From assembly GCA_964428315.1 (NCBI GenBank), contig CAYRXT010000002.1, positions 6,859 through 70,858 on the forward strand: a DNA stretch of 64,000 nt, written 5' to 3'. The stretch comes from an uncultured Planctomycetales bacterium (GTDB lineage Bacteria; Omnitrophota; Gorgyraeia; Zapsychrales; CAYRXT01). Of this stretch, positions 27,971-37,408 are shown in pieces. The notes below the pieces were generated by a model, which did no database searches, had not been told where the DNA came from, and saw only the letters and a program-made list of their open reading frames with translations. The position numbers were made by a program, and so were the translations under genes. Each line of letters begins with the position of its first letter. Position 1 is the stretch's first letter.

Positions 27971-28417
27971 ATGGAGATAACCGAGATCAGAATTTTTCCT
28001 AAGGAAGGTCAGGATAAAAAACTCAAGGCCTACACCACCGTGACGTTTGATAATGCCTTCGTGGTGCGGAATATCAAGGTAATTCAGGGCAACAGCGGTT
28101 TGTTCATTGCGATGCCTTCCAGGAAGTTAAAATCGGCATGCCCCAAATGCGGTTTCAAAAATGAACGAGGAAGCCAATTCTGCAACAAATGCGGGGCAGG
28201 TCTGCCGGGTCCTGAACGGACGGCTAAAGACGAGAGCGGATCGAAGGCCGACCACCGCGACGTCGCCCATCCGGTCACCCAGCATTTCAGGGAATACCTG
28301 CAGTCTAGGGTCCTGGAGGCTTATCAAAAAGAAATCGAAAAACAGCCATCTCCGGGGGAGGCATCGAGGTCGACGCATACTTCTCAGGAGGGCTTGACGG
28401 AAGACGAGGACGAATAG
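27971..28417 (+). CDS. spoVG: SpoVG-family protein with an inserted zinc ribbon and an acidic C-terminal tail
   Basis: 'MEITEIRIF...VVRNIKVIQGNSGLFIAMPSRK' and 'RDVAHPVTQHFREYLQ' match SpoVG. A CPKC-x12-CNKC insert lies between them. Confidence 0.8.
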   Translation: MEITEIRIFPKEGQDKKLKAYTTVTFDNAFVVRNIKVIQGNSGLFIAMPSRKLKSACPKCGFKNERGSQFCNKCGAGLPGPERTAKDESGSKADHRDVAHPVTQHFREYLQSRVLEAYQKEIEKQPSPGEASRSTHTSQEGLTEDEDE

Positions 28418-28422
28418 ATCTT

Positions 28423-28494
28423 TGCCCGGTGGTGTAATCGGTAACACGCGAGAATTTGGATCTCGTTTTCCAGGTTCGAGTCCTGGCTGGGCAG
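28423..28494 (+). tRNA. tRNA-Gln (anticodon UUG)
   Basis: Manual fold: 7-bp acceptor stem (U1-A72), 4-bp D stem with an AATCGGTA loop, anticodon stem CGAGA/TCTCG with loop AUUUGGA, T arm CCAGG-TTCGAGT-CCTGG, discriminator G. CCA is not encoded. Confidence 0.85.
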
Positions 28495-28564
28495 CATTTC
28501 TGTTTTATCCAACCTTTTCCGCGCTAACTTTAGACGAGATTTTTTGGGGGCGCATGTTCATTTG

Positions 28565-29824
28565 ATGAAAGAGATGAGGACCGTAATTCTCGCAGCCGGA
28601 AAAGGCGTGCGGATGAAATCCGATATCCCGAAAGTGCTTCACAGACTCGGCGGACGCCCGATCATCCATTACGTTCTGGATATCGCCGCCGCGCTGCGTT
28701 CATTGAAAACATTTGTCGTCGTGGGACACCGTCATCAGAGTGTCCGGGACAATCTTCCGGAAGAGATCAATACGGTCGTCCAGCGGCGGCTTCTGGGTAC
28801 GGCGGATGCGGTCAGGATCCTGGCACCGCGGTTCAAGCATTACGGCGGTGACGTCCTGATACTGTGCGGGGATGCACCTTTGCTGACGCCTGCTGCGGTG
28901 AAAAGGCTTGTCCGCCGCCACCGGAGGCGTAAAGCGGACTGCACCGTTCTTACGGCGGTCATTTCCGATCCCTCCGGTTACGGGCGCATCATCCGTAATG
29001 CCGGCGGCCGGATCTCTGCCATCCAAGAACACAAGGAACTGCCCAAAGCGGCCGCGGGCATTAAGGAAATCAATACGGGCGTCTATTGTTTCAAGAGCCG
29101 GCGGTTGTTTTCTGCGGTCAAGCGCATCCGGAAGAACCGGCGCAAGGGGGAATTCTATCTCACGGATATTATCGGCATCCTCAACCGGGAAGGGGCCGTC
29201 ATCGAAGGAGTGAGGCTTAATGACGCGAATGAAGGTTGGGGCATCAACAGTCGTGTGGACCTGGCCATGGCGGAAGGTGTGATGCATCAGCGCAGGGTCA
29301 AGGCGCTTATGAACAAGGGCGTGACCGTTACGGATCCTGATACGACCTTTATCGGCCATGACGTCCGGGTCGGGCGCGACAGCGTGATACGGCCGTTTAC
29401 GGTCATTGAGTCGGATGTGAGGATAGGCCGCCGGTGTGTCATCGGTCCGTTCTGCCATTTGCGCGAAGACACACGGATCGGCGATGACGTCGAGGTAGGC
29501 AATCACACGGAGATATCGAGGACCCGCGTCGGGCGGCGGTGCTTTGTGAAGCATTTCAGTTTTCTGGGTGACACGCGCATGGCCGACGGGGTCAATATCG
29601 GCGCGGGTGTGGTGACGGCGAATTTTGACGGCAGGGACAAGCACAGGACCATCATTCGGGGGGGCGCCTTCATCGGTTCGGATTCCGTCCTGGTGGCCCC
29701 GGTGAAAATCGGACGCAAAGCGAAAACCGGCGCCGGCTGCGTCGTGACGGGCGGCACGGTTGTCGGAGACGGTGAGACCGTGGCGGGGGTCCCGGCAAAA
29801 AGGACAACAAGGAGCAAGAGATAA
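28565..29824 (+). CDS. glmU: Bifunctional UDP-GlcNAc pyrophosphorylase / GlcN-1-P acetyltransferase
   Basis: 'VILAAGKGVRMKS' N-terminus and C-terminal left-handed beta-helix hexapeptide repeats. The ORF track's TTG start at 28544 is less likely than the ATG at 28565. Confidence 0.9.
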   Translation: MKEMRTVILAAGKGVRMKSDIPKVLHRLGGRPIIHYVLDIAAALRSLKTFVVVGHRHQSVRDNLPEEINTVVQRRLLGTADAVRILAPRFKHYGGDVLILCGDAPLLTPAAVKRLVRRHRRRKADCTVLTAVISDPSGYGRIIRNAGGRISAIQEHKELPKAAAGIKEINTGVYCFKSRRLFSAVKRIRKNRRKGEFYLTDIIGILNREGAVIEGVRLNDANEGWGINSRVDLAMAEGVMHQRRVKALMNKGVTVTDPDTTFIGHDVRVGRDSVIRPFTVIESDVRIGRRCVIGPFCHLREDTRIGDDVEVGNHTEISRTRVGRRCFVKHFSFLGDTRMADGVNIGAGVVTANFDGRDKHRTIIRGGAFIGSDSVLVAPVKIGRKAKTGAGCVVTGGTVVGDGETVAGVPAKRTTRSKR

Positions 29825-30774
29825 TGAACGGTTTAGCGATCGTGGCGGGTAACGCCAATCCGTCTTTGGCCAGGAAGATCAGCGATTGTCTGGAGGTCCC
29901 TTTGGCGGAGGTGGCCGTCGGCCGTTTCTCCGAGGGGGAGATCAGCGTCCAGATCAGGGAAAACATCCGCGGACGGGATGTCTTTATCGTCCAGCCGACT
30001 TGTCCTCCGGCCAATGACAATCTCATGGAACTGCTCATCCTGACAGACGCGGCCCGGCGGGCCTCGGCGGCCAGGATCACTGCGGTGACGCCTTATTACG
30101 GTTACGCCCGGCAGGACAGGAAAGACCAGCCGCGGGTCCCCATCACGGCCAAGCTGGTGGCGAACCTGATTACGGCGGCCGGCGCGAACCGGGTCCTGAC
30201 CATGGATCTGCATGCCAGCCAGATACAGGGTTTTTTCGATATCCCCGTCGATCACCTTTATGCGATAAACGAACTCTGCGAGTATTTCTTGCAGAAGAAA
30301 CTGCGCAACGCGGTTGTCGTTTCGCCTGATGTCGGCGGGATCAAGATGGCGCGCGCCTATGCCAAAAAACTCTCGGCCGTTCTGGCCATCGTTGATAAAA
30401 GGCGGGAGAGTCCGGAGAAGACGGAGGTGATGCATATCCTCGGTCCGGTCAAAGGGAAACGGGCCATCATCGTCGACGATATCATCTCCACGGGAAGTTC
30501 CCTTCTGGAGGCGGTGGCCGCCCTCAAAGAGAAGGGCGTCAAAGAGGTCTATGCCGCGGTCAGTCACGGGATCCTTTCGGGCCCGGCCGAGAAAAACGTG
30601 CAGAAGTGCAGCGCCCTGAAAGAACTGGTGATCACCAACAGCATCCCGCAGAAGAAGTCGAGAAAAAATTCCAAAATCAAGGTGATTTCCGTCGCCCCGC
30701 TTCTGGCCGAGGCGATCAAACGCATTCACCACGAGGAGTCCATAAGCTGTTTATTCGACGGCATTAAACGTTAA
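29824..30774 (+). CDS. prs: Ribose-phosphate pyrophosphokinase
   Basis: 'RQDRKD' and the PRPP-binding loop 'DDIISTGSS'. Confidence 0.9.
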   Translation: MNGLAIVAGNANPSLARKISDCLEVPLAEVAVGRFSEGEISVQIRENIRGRDVFIVQPTCPPANDNLMELLILTDAARRASAARITAVTPYYGYARQDRKDQPRVPITAKLVANLITAAGANRVLTMDLHASQIQGFFDIPVDHLYAINELCEYFLQKKLRNAVVVSPDVGGIKMARAYAKKLSAVLAIVDKRRESPEKTEVMHILGPVKGKRAIIVDDIISTGSSLLEAVAALKEKGVKEVYAAVSHGILSGPAEKNVQKCSALKELVITNSIPQKKSRKNSKIKVISVAPLLAEAIKRIHHEESISCLFDGIKR

Positions 30775-30821
30775 GCCGGAGGGCATCCGGTTCAATCCAA
30801 GAAAAGGCAGGTTAACACAAC

Positions 30822-31523
30822 ATGGAAGAAATCAAGCTGGAAGTGCAAATCAGGAACGGCGTCGGGAAATCTCATGTGAAGAAATACCGCCGTCAGGACT
30901 TTATCCCCGGGATTGTCTACGGGGACTCCCAGGACCCGACGCTAGTCAACGTCGACCGGCGGACGTTTGAACGCATCGAGCGCCGGCACAGGGGGGAGAG
31001 CATCGTCCTGCACCTCGATGTTATGGAAGGAAAAAAAAAGCTGCGGGATTACTCGACCATTATCAAGGAGATCCAGGGGGAACCGGTCAGCGACCGGATC
31101 CTCCATATCGATTTCCTGCGGATTTCTCTGACGAAGGAGATTGCCGTCGAGGCCCCCATCAAGACGCGGGGGGAACCCGTGGGTGTCAAGAAGGAGGGCG
31201 GGTCGCTGGATCATGTCTTGTGGAATCTGGACATAGTCTGTCTGCCCACCAATATCCCGCAGCATATTGAGGTGGACGTCTCTCATCTAAGCATCCACGA
31301 TTCGATCCTTGTGAAGGATCTGTTGCTGCCCAGCGGAGTGAGGACAGAGCACGATTCGGAAGCGATTGTGTTTACCGTTGTCCCGCCGACCAAAGAGGAG
31401 CCCGAAGAAAAGCCCGAGGAGGAAGAAGCCGGGGAGCCGGAAGTCATCAAGGAAAAGAAACCGGAAAAAGAGGAAGAGAAGGCCGAAGAGAAGGAATCTC
31501 CCGGAGAAAAAGAGGAAGGTTGA
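30822..31523 (+). CDS. rplY: Ribosomal protein bL25 (Ctc form) with an E/K-rich C-terminal tail
   Basis: L25/Ctc fold sequence plus about 50 aa of acidic low-complexity tail. Confidence 0.85.
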   Translation: MEEIKLEVQIRNGVGKSHVKKYRRQDFIPGIVYGDSQDPTLVNVDRRTFERIERRHRGESIVLHLDVMEGKKKLRDYSTIIKEIQGEPVSDRILHIDFLRISLTKEIAVEAPIKTRGEPVGVKKEGGSLDHVLWNLDIVCLPTNIPQHIEVDVSHLSIHDSILVKDLLLPSGVRTEHDSEAIVFTVVPPTKEEPEEKPEEEEAGEPEVIKEKKPEKEEEKAEEKESPGEKEEG

Positions 31524-31529
31524 TCCGAA

Positions 31530-32114
31530 TTGGAAGGGCACCGGCTTATCGTGGGTTTGGGAAATCCCGGCAGGAAGTACGAACTCACACGGCACAATCT
31601 TGGGTTTCGGGTCGTGGACCATCTGGCTGTCCGGTACCGGATCCGCCTGAGACGGACCCTTACCCCTCCCGCCTGCAGGGGGCGCGGCCGGATCAAGGGT
31701 CAAGACAGCACGCTGGTCAAACCGCTGACTTATATGAACAATTCGGGGACGGCCGTATCCAGGATAATCAGGAGGGGGCATTTTGCCCTTGACAATTGTC
31801 TTATTATCAGCGATGATTTTCAACTCCCCTTCGGACAAATGAGATTCAGGGGGGAAGGATCCTCGGGGGGGCACAACGGCCTGCAGTCGGTGATCGATCA
31901 TCTCGGGACCCGGGACTTTGCCAGGTTACGGGTCGGTATCGGCCCCGTGGAAGACGAGGATATCGCCGATTTTGTCCTGAGAGAGTTTTCCTTGACGGAA
32001 AAAAAACAGCTGGAGGGCATAATCCGGCGGGCCGCTGAGGGCTGCCTGGCGTGGCTCCACGAGGGCATGACGAAGGCGATGAATCAATTTAACCAAAGGA
32101 AAGAAGGACAATGA
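31530..32114 (+). CDS. pth: Peptidyl-tRNA hydrolase
   Basis: 'LIVGLGNPGRKYELTRHNLGF'. TTG start. Confidence 0.85.
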   Translation: MEGHRLIVGLGNPGRKYELTRHNLGFRVVDHLAVRYRIRLRRTLTPPACRGRGRIKGQDSTLVKPLTYMNNSGTAVSRIIRRGHFALDNCLIISDDFQLPFGQMRFRGEGSSGGHNGLQSVIDHLGTRDFARLRVGIGPVEDEDIADFVLREFSLTEKKQLEGIIRRAAEGCLAWLHEGMTKAMNQFNQRKEGQ

Positions 32115-32410
32115 GCCATTACGAAATTGTTATCATGGTGGATGCCCGATTGGCATCAGAAAAAAAGTCCGAGATGATCAAACAGGTCGAGGACATCCTG
32201 ACTAAAAGCGGCGCTCAGGTTCAATCATCGGATATGTGGATCGAAAAACACAAGACCGATTTTCGTATTAAGAAGGTTCAGGAATTTTCCTACTACCTGA
32301 TCAAATTCTCTTCTGAGACGACGGCGATTGAAAAGATCAGGGCCACGCTGAAATTGAACGAGGCGGTCTTCCGTTTTCTCATAACGAAATCAGAAAAAGT
32401 GACAGCTTAG
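32111..32410 (+). CDS. rpsF: Ribosomal protein bS6
   Basis: 'MSHYEIVIMV' and bS6 length. Confidence 0.85.
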   Translation: MSHYEIVIMVDARLASEKKSEMIKQVEDILTKSGAQVQSSDMWIEKHKTDFRIKKVQEFSYYLIKFSSETTAIEKIRATLKLNEAVFRFLITKSEKVTA

Positions 32411-32429
32411 GCGAGCGAAGGAGGGATAT

Positions 32430-32936
32430 ATGGCGAGTCTAAATAAGGTGCTTCTCATCGGGAATCTGACCAAGGATCCGGAATTGCGCTACACCCCTAA
32501 CGGAGTCGCGGTCGTCAATCTTCGGATTGCGGTCAATCGTCGTTTCCGGGATAAATCCGGCGAGCTCAAAGAAGACACGTGTTTTATCACCGTGACCACT
32601 TGGGACCGCCAGGCCGAGATCTGCAACCAGTATTTATCCAAGGGGCGGCCCGTTTTTGTCGAGGGCCGGCTCCAGTCGCGTTCGTGGGAGACTTCAGACG
32701 GACAAAAGCGCAACACCATAGAAGTCCGGGCCGAGAGAATTCAGTTTTTGAATTCGACCAGGGATGCCGGCTCATCGGCCCAGGCGCGTCATAATCCACC
32801 GTCGGACAGCGGGAACAATAATGTCGCGTGGGACGAATCCGGTCGAGATGACAATACGAGTGGCGCGGAAGGTTCTCAGCCCGAGAACAAGCATGAACCC
32901 GTGTCGTGGGAAGAGGAGGAGGAGAACATTGGCTAG
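32430..32936 (+). CDS. ssb: Single-stranded DNA-binding protein
   Basis: OB-fold '[22 protein letters not shown]'. Acidic tail ends '...WEEEEENIG' rather than the canonical DDDIPF. Confidence 0.85.
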   Translation: MASLNKVLLIGNLTKDPELRYTPNGVAVVNLRIAVNRRFRDKSGELKEDTCFITVTTWDRQAEICNQYLSKGRPVFVEGRLQSRSWETSDGQKRNTIEVRAERIQFLNSTRDAGSSAQARHNPPSDSGNNNVAWDESGRDDNTSGAEGSQPENKHEPVSWEEEEENIG

Positions 32937-33165
32937 GATCATCAGGACCAAGAGGAGAATGAGGTCTCCCCGCTTTCAGGTCGAGGGGATAGGGAATATG
33001 AGCTTCAAGGATTATTCCGTCCTGTCGCGCTTTCTGACCGAGCGGGGCAAGATTTTGTCAAGGCGGGTGACCGGCGTTTCGTCCAAGGATCAGCGCACCC
33101 TGACGGCCGCCATCAAGCACGCGCGCTATTTGGGTCTTCTGACATCAGGCGGTACCCGGCGGTAA
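32929..33165 (+). CDS. rpsR: Ribosomal protein bS18
   Basis: '[24 protein letters not shown]...[11 protein letters not shown]'. A TTG start at 32929, 8 nt after a GGAGGA, gives a basic N-terminus 'ARIIRTKRR'. The alternative ATG is at 32959. Confidence 0.75.
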   Translation: MARIIRTKRRMRSPRFQVEGIGNMSFKDYSVLSRFLTERGKILSRRVTGVSSKDQRTLTAAIKHARYLGLLTSGGTRR

Positions 33166-33207
33166 CCTTATCGGGATCCCGGGAAGAAATAAAGGGAAGG
33201 GAGCATC

Positions 33208-33651
33208 ATGGAAGTCATACTTTCGAAAGATGTTGACAAATTGGGCAAGGCCGGGCAGATCGTCCGGGTCAAGAACGGTTATGCCCGTAATTACCTCTTG
33301 CCTCAAAAGATCGCTTTCCCGGCAACGGACAACAACGTTAGACGCGTGGAACAGCTTGCGGCCAAAAAAGAGGTCCAGATGAAGGAAGAGCGGGACAAGG
33401 CGCAGGAATTGGCTGAGCAGATGTCCAAGCTGTCGCTGACCATTTCTGTGGAGGTCAATGACCTGGATAAGCTCTACGGTTCCGTCACCGAACAGGACAT
33501 CGTGCGGGCCCTGGAGGCAGAGGGTGTTACCGTGGACAAGAACGATATCCTTCTCGACCGGACTATCGGAGAATTGGGCATCTATGAAGTCAGGATACGG
33601 ACGCATCCGGAAGTGGAAGCCAAGATCCGTTTATGGGTGACCAAAAAGTAG
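33208..33651 (+). CDS. rplI: Ribosomal protein bL9
   Basis: 'MEVILSKDVDKLGKAGQIVRVKNGYARNYLLP'. Confidence 0.9.
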   Translation: MEVILSKDVDKLGKAGQIVRVKNGYARNYLLPQKIAFPATDNNVRRVEQLAAKKEVQMKEERDKAQELAEQMSKLSLTISVEVNDLDKLYGSVTEQDIVRALEAEGVTVDKNDILLDRTIGELGIYEVRIRTHPEVEAKIRLWVTKK

Positions 33652-33663
33652 AAATCTCTTTTC

Positions 33664-35016
33664 ATGGCCAAAACAAACAGTGTGAGTCTTGAATCGCGCG
33701 TCCCTCCGCAGAGCATCGAGGCCGAGCAATCGGTCCTGGGGGCTATGCTCATTGACGAAGAGGCCATCGGCGTCGTTATCGAAGTCATCGACCAGGCGAG
33801 TTTCTATGCCGAAGCGCATCAAAGAATCTTTGCGGCCATCCTCGAACTCTACAACAGACGTAAAAACGTCGACCTTATCACCCTGGGCGACGAACTCAAG
33901 AGCAACGGACAGCTTGACTTTGTCGGGGGTGTGACCTACCTTACCCAGCTCATCGAGATGGTCCCTACGGCGGCCAATGCCGAGCATTACGCGCATATCG
34001 TAAAAGAAAAACATATACAGCGTAAGCTGATCAAAAACGCCAGCCAGATCATCAGCGGAAGCTATGAACCCGGCGTGAATGTTGACGAGCTTGTGGACCG
34101 GGCCGAGAAGCTGATCTTTGAAATCGCCACGTCCCGCGAGAAAAACCCCTCACTCCATATCAAATCCATTATCCGTGAACGGATCGAGGCCATTGACCAA
34201 TTGTACCAGCGCAAGGAACACGTCACGGGTGTCCCGACGGGATTCCAGGATTTTGACAAAGCGACATCGGGACTGCAGAGATCGGATTTAGTGATCGTGG
34301 CGGGACGGCCTTCCATGGGCAAGAGCGCTTTTGCCAGCTCCATCGCGGAGTTCGCGGCGCTGGAGAAAAAAATCGGAGTGGCCATATTCAGCCTGGAGAT
34401 GTCCAAGGAACAGCTTGTCCAGCGGATGCTCTGTTCGCACGCCAAGGTCGACGCGCACAAGGTGCGTTCGGGCTTCCTGTCGCCGTCCGACTGGCCCAAG
34501 CTGACAGCCGCGGCGGGGAAACTGTCGGGCGCCCCCATTTATATCGACGACACTCCGGCCATTACAACCTTGGAACTGCGCACGAAGGCCCGGCGGCTTA
34601 AGTCCAATTACGACATCCAGATGGTCGTGCTTGATTATCTGCAGCTGATGCGGGGCTACCAGAGGTCCGAGAGCCGGCAGCAGGAAATATCGGAAATCTC
34701 CCGGTCCATCAAGGCCCTGGCGCGGGAACTCGGCATCCCCATCGTGGCCATCAGCCAGTTATCCCGGGCCGTGGAAAGCCGCCAGGATCATCGCCCCCAA
34801 TTGTCGGATCTTCGGGAATCCGGAGCGATTGAACAGGACGCCGATCTCGTGGTCCTTTTGATGCGTGAAGAGTACTACACGCCTACCGAGGAGAACCGGG
34901 GCGTGGCTGAGGTCATTATCGCCAAGCAGAGGAACGGCCCCGTGGGAAGTCATAAGCTGGCCTTCATCAAAGAACACATCCGGTTTGCGGATCTGGATAC
35001 GATGCATTCGGCCTAG
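33664..35016 (+). CDS. dnaB: Replicative DNA helicase
   Basis: DnaB N-terminal domain, Walker A 'GRPSMGKSAF', and RecA-like C-terminal domain. Confidence 0.9.
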   Translation: MAKTNSVSLESRVPPQSIEAEQSVLGAMLIDEEAIGVVIEVIDQASFYAEAHQRIFAAILELYNRRKNVDLITLGDELKSNGQLDFVGGVTYLTQLIEMVPTAANAEHYAHIVKEKHIQRKLIKNASQIISGSYEPGVNVDELVDRAEKLIFEIATSREKNPSLHIKSIIRERIEAIDQLYQRKEHVTGVPTGFQDFDKATSGLQRSDLVIVAGRPSMGKSAFASSIAEFAALEKKIGVAIFSLEMSKEQLVQRMLCSHAKVDAHKVRSGFLSPSDWPKLTAAAGKLSGAPIYIDDTPAITTLELRTKARRLKSNYDIQMVVLDYLQLMRGYQRSESRQQEISEISRSIKALARELGIPIVAISQLSRAVESRQDHRPQLSDLRESGAIEQDADLVVLLMREEYYTPTEENRGVAEVIIAKQRNGPVGSHKLAFIKEHIRFADLDTMHSA

Positions 35017-35046
35017 GCCCAAGCGGGGAAAATCTCTTTCCTTTAA

Positions 35047-35075
35047 TTGACATGATAAACAAGGATGATTATAAT
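35047..35075 (+). promoter_or_regulatory. Sigma70-type promoter TTGACA-N17-TATAAT immediately upstream of bamA
   Basis: Perfect hexamers. The -10 ends 6 nt before the ATG at 35082, so the predicted transcription start is at or next to the start codon. Confidence 0.45.
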
Positions 35076-35081
35076 CAGACA

Positions 35082-37397
35082 ATGCGAAAAACAATTTTTT
35101 TCTTTACGGTAGCGTGTCTTTTTGCGCTCGTTCGTCCCGTGTGGGGCCAGCCCGATGGGACGGTCAGCGCGGTTGTCGATCAGAAGATCGTCAAGGCCAT
35201 AGAGATCAGAGGCAACAAGACCATCTCGGATGCGGCCATCCTTTCCAAGATCAAGACCCGCGTAGGCCAGGACTACCTCCAGAATGTCATCAGCGACGAC
35301 CTCAAACGTCTTTATAACACGGGTTATTTTTCCGACGTGAGCGTTGACCGTCAGGATTACAAGGGAGGCTTTAAGGTTATCATTTTTCTGACGGAAAAGC
35401 CGATCATCGACGAGATCACCTTCACGAAAACCCGCTATTATTCTCCCCGAACGCTCGCCTTCAAAATCGACACGAAGGAAGGAAAGTTCCTGGACCGGAA
35501 AGTCCTCAAAGACGATATGGATACGATCCGGGAACTTTACGCCAAAAAGGGGTTAAGCAACGTCGAGGTCAGCGTCGACACGGAAATGGACAAAACCACC
35601 AACAAGGCACGGCTTCATTTCGTCATCAACGAAGGACAGCGCCAGAAGATCACCCGCATTAACGTGACGGGCAACGAGGCCTTTCGGGACAAGCGTATCA
35701 TTAAAGCCGTCAAGACCAGGACGGCCTGGCTTTTCTCTTCGGGCTATCTCAAGGAAGAAGTCCTAGAAGAAGACATGGTCCGCATCGAATCCTTTTACGA
35801 AAAGCACGGGTACATCAACGCCGAGGCGTCTTATTCCGTGGAAACGAATGAGCGCGGGCACCTCACGGTCAACATTTCGATCCAGGAAGGAAAGCAGTAT
35901 TTCGTCGGGGACATCACATTTGAAGGCAACGAGGTGGTCTCCGGGGGCGAGTTGCGCGATGCGATGGAAAAGATCAAGGAGGGCCAGGTGTTCAGCCGGG
36001 ACAAACTGGATGTGGACCTGGCCGCTATCCGCAGCCTCTATTTCGATAAGGGATATATTTTCGCCAAAGTCCAGGAGTCCACGTCCCTGAATCCCCAGAC
36101 GGGGCGGGTTGACGTGCGCGTCTCGCTGAATGAAGGGGGCCTGGCTTATGTGAACATGATCAAGATTCAGGGGAATACCCGGACCCGGGATATCGTTATC
36201 CGGCGCGAGCTCCGGATCAAACCGGGAGAAGAATTCGACGGAGAGAAACTGCGGCGCAGCAAGGAACGGCTGCGCAATCTGGGGTACTTCGAAGATATCA
36301 GCTATGATATCGAAGATACCAGCCAGCCCGACCGGAAAGACCTGGTCGTCCAGGTGCAGGAAACCAAGACCGGGACATTCAGCTTCGGCGGGGGATACAG
36401 CTCCATAGATCAGGTGGTGGGCTTTGTCGAGATCGAACAGAAGAACTTCGATTTCACCAATTGGCCGACGTTTACCGGCGGAGGACAGAATCTGCTGGTT
36501 CATGCCGAGGCCGGCTCCTTAAGAAACAACGTGCGATTAAGTTTCACCGAGCCGTGGATTTTCGACTATCCGGTTTCCGGCGGTTTCGACCTGTACCGGA
36601 CCATGCGGTTGCGGGAGAGGGACGTCGGCTACGGATACGATGAAGAGAGGCTGGGGGCCAACTTCCGTTTCGGCAAACAGCTTTCGGAATATGTCTCGGG
36701 CGGGATCAGTTATCGCATCGAAGAGATTACCATCGACAATCTCGAAGATAACGCCAGTGCCGACCTCAGAAATGAGGTAGGCACCAACAATGTGAGCGTT
36801 ATGACCTTCCGGTTAAGCCGGGATACGCGGGATAACGTTTTTTCGCCCACTCGAGGCTGGTTTTTAAGCGGGACCACGGATGTCGCCGGAGGATTCCTGG
36901 GCGGAGACAAGGACTTCATCCGGTTCCAGGGGAAGACGACGTGCGATATCCCGCTGTTTTTCGGTTCGGTCCTGGAATTCCGTTTGAGGACCGGGGTCGC
37001 TGACGCCTACGGGGATTCGGAGGAGGTCCCGATCTTCGAGCGGTTCTTCGCCGGCGGCGCCTATTCGATCCGCGGTTACAACGAGCGCAAGGTCGGTCCG
37101 ATCGATCCGGTCTCGGAGGACCCCATCGGCGGGGAAGCCATGCTCGTGGGTAATGTGGAATATATCGTGCCGGTGGTCGAATTTATCAAGGTGGCCGCGT
37201 TCTTTGATTCGGGCAATGTCTGGCGCAGGATCGAAGATCTCGGGTCGGGCAATTTCAAGTCCGGGATGGGATTGGGACTGCGAGTCAGGACGCCCATCGG
37301 CCCGATCAACCTGGATTACGGTTACCCGTTAAACGATGAGCCGGGCGAGGAAGAAAAACAGGGCAAGTTTTATTTCAGTATAAGCCGGGGTTTTTAA
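35082..37397 (+). CDS. bamA: Outer-membrane protein assembly factor BamA (POTRA repeats plus Omp85 barrel)
   Basis: Signal peptide 'MRKTIFFFTVACLFALV', five POTRA-like repeats, and a C-terminal beta-barrel ending in F. The ORF-track ATG at 35052 lies inside the predicted promoter. Confidence 0.85.
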   Translation: MRKTIFFFTVACLFALVRPVWGQPDGTVSAVVDQKIVKAIEIRGNKTISDAAILSKIKTRVGQDYLQNVISDDLKRLYNTGYFSDVSVDRQDYKGGFKVIIFLTEKPIIDEITFTKTRYYSPRTLAFKIDTKEGKFLDRKVLKDDMDTIRELYAKKGLSNVEVSVDTEMDKTTNKARLHFVINEGQRQKITRINVTGNEAFRDKRIIKAVKTRTAWLFSSGYLKEEVLEEDMVRIESFYEKHGYINAEASYSVETNERGHLTVNISIQEGKQYFVGDITFEGNEVVSGGELRDAMEKIKEGQVFSRDKLDVDLAAIRSLYFDKGYIFAKVQESTSLNPQTGRVDVRVSLNEGGLAYVNMIKIQGNTRTRDIVIRRELRIKPGEEFDGEKLRRSKERLRNLGYFEDISYDIEDTSQPDRKDLVVQVQETKTGTFSFGGGYSSIDQVVGFVEIEQKNFDFTNWPTFTGGGQNLLVHAEAGSLRNNVRLSFTEPWIFDYPVSGGFDLYRTMRLRERDVGYGYDEERLGANFRFGKQLSEYVSGGISYRIEEITIDNLEDNASADLRNEVGTNNVSVMTFRLSRDTRDNVFSPTRGWFLSGTTDVAGGFLGGDKDFIRFQGKTTCDIPLFFGSVLEFRLRTGVADAYGDSEEVPIFERFFAGGAYSIRGYNERKVGPIDPVSEDPIGGEAMLVGNVEYIVPVVEFIKVAAFFDSGNVWRRIEDLGSGNFKSGMGLGLRVRTPIGPINLDYGYPLNDEPGEEEKQGKFYFSISRGF

Positions 37398-37408
37398 AGG
37401 AGGTTATC

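Noticed and set aside
35052-35081. ATG at 35052 as the bamA start.
   Set aside because: It falls inside the spacer of a perfect TTGACA-N17-TATAAT promoter, and the signal peptide begins at the ATG at 35082. It is kept as an alternative only.
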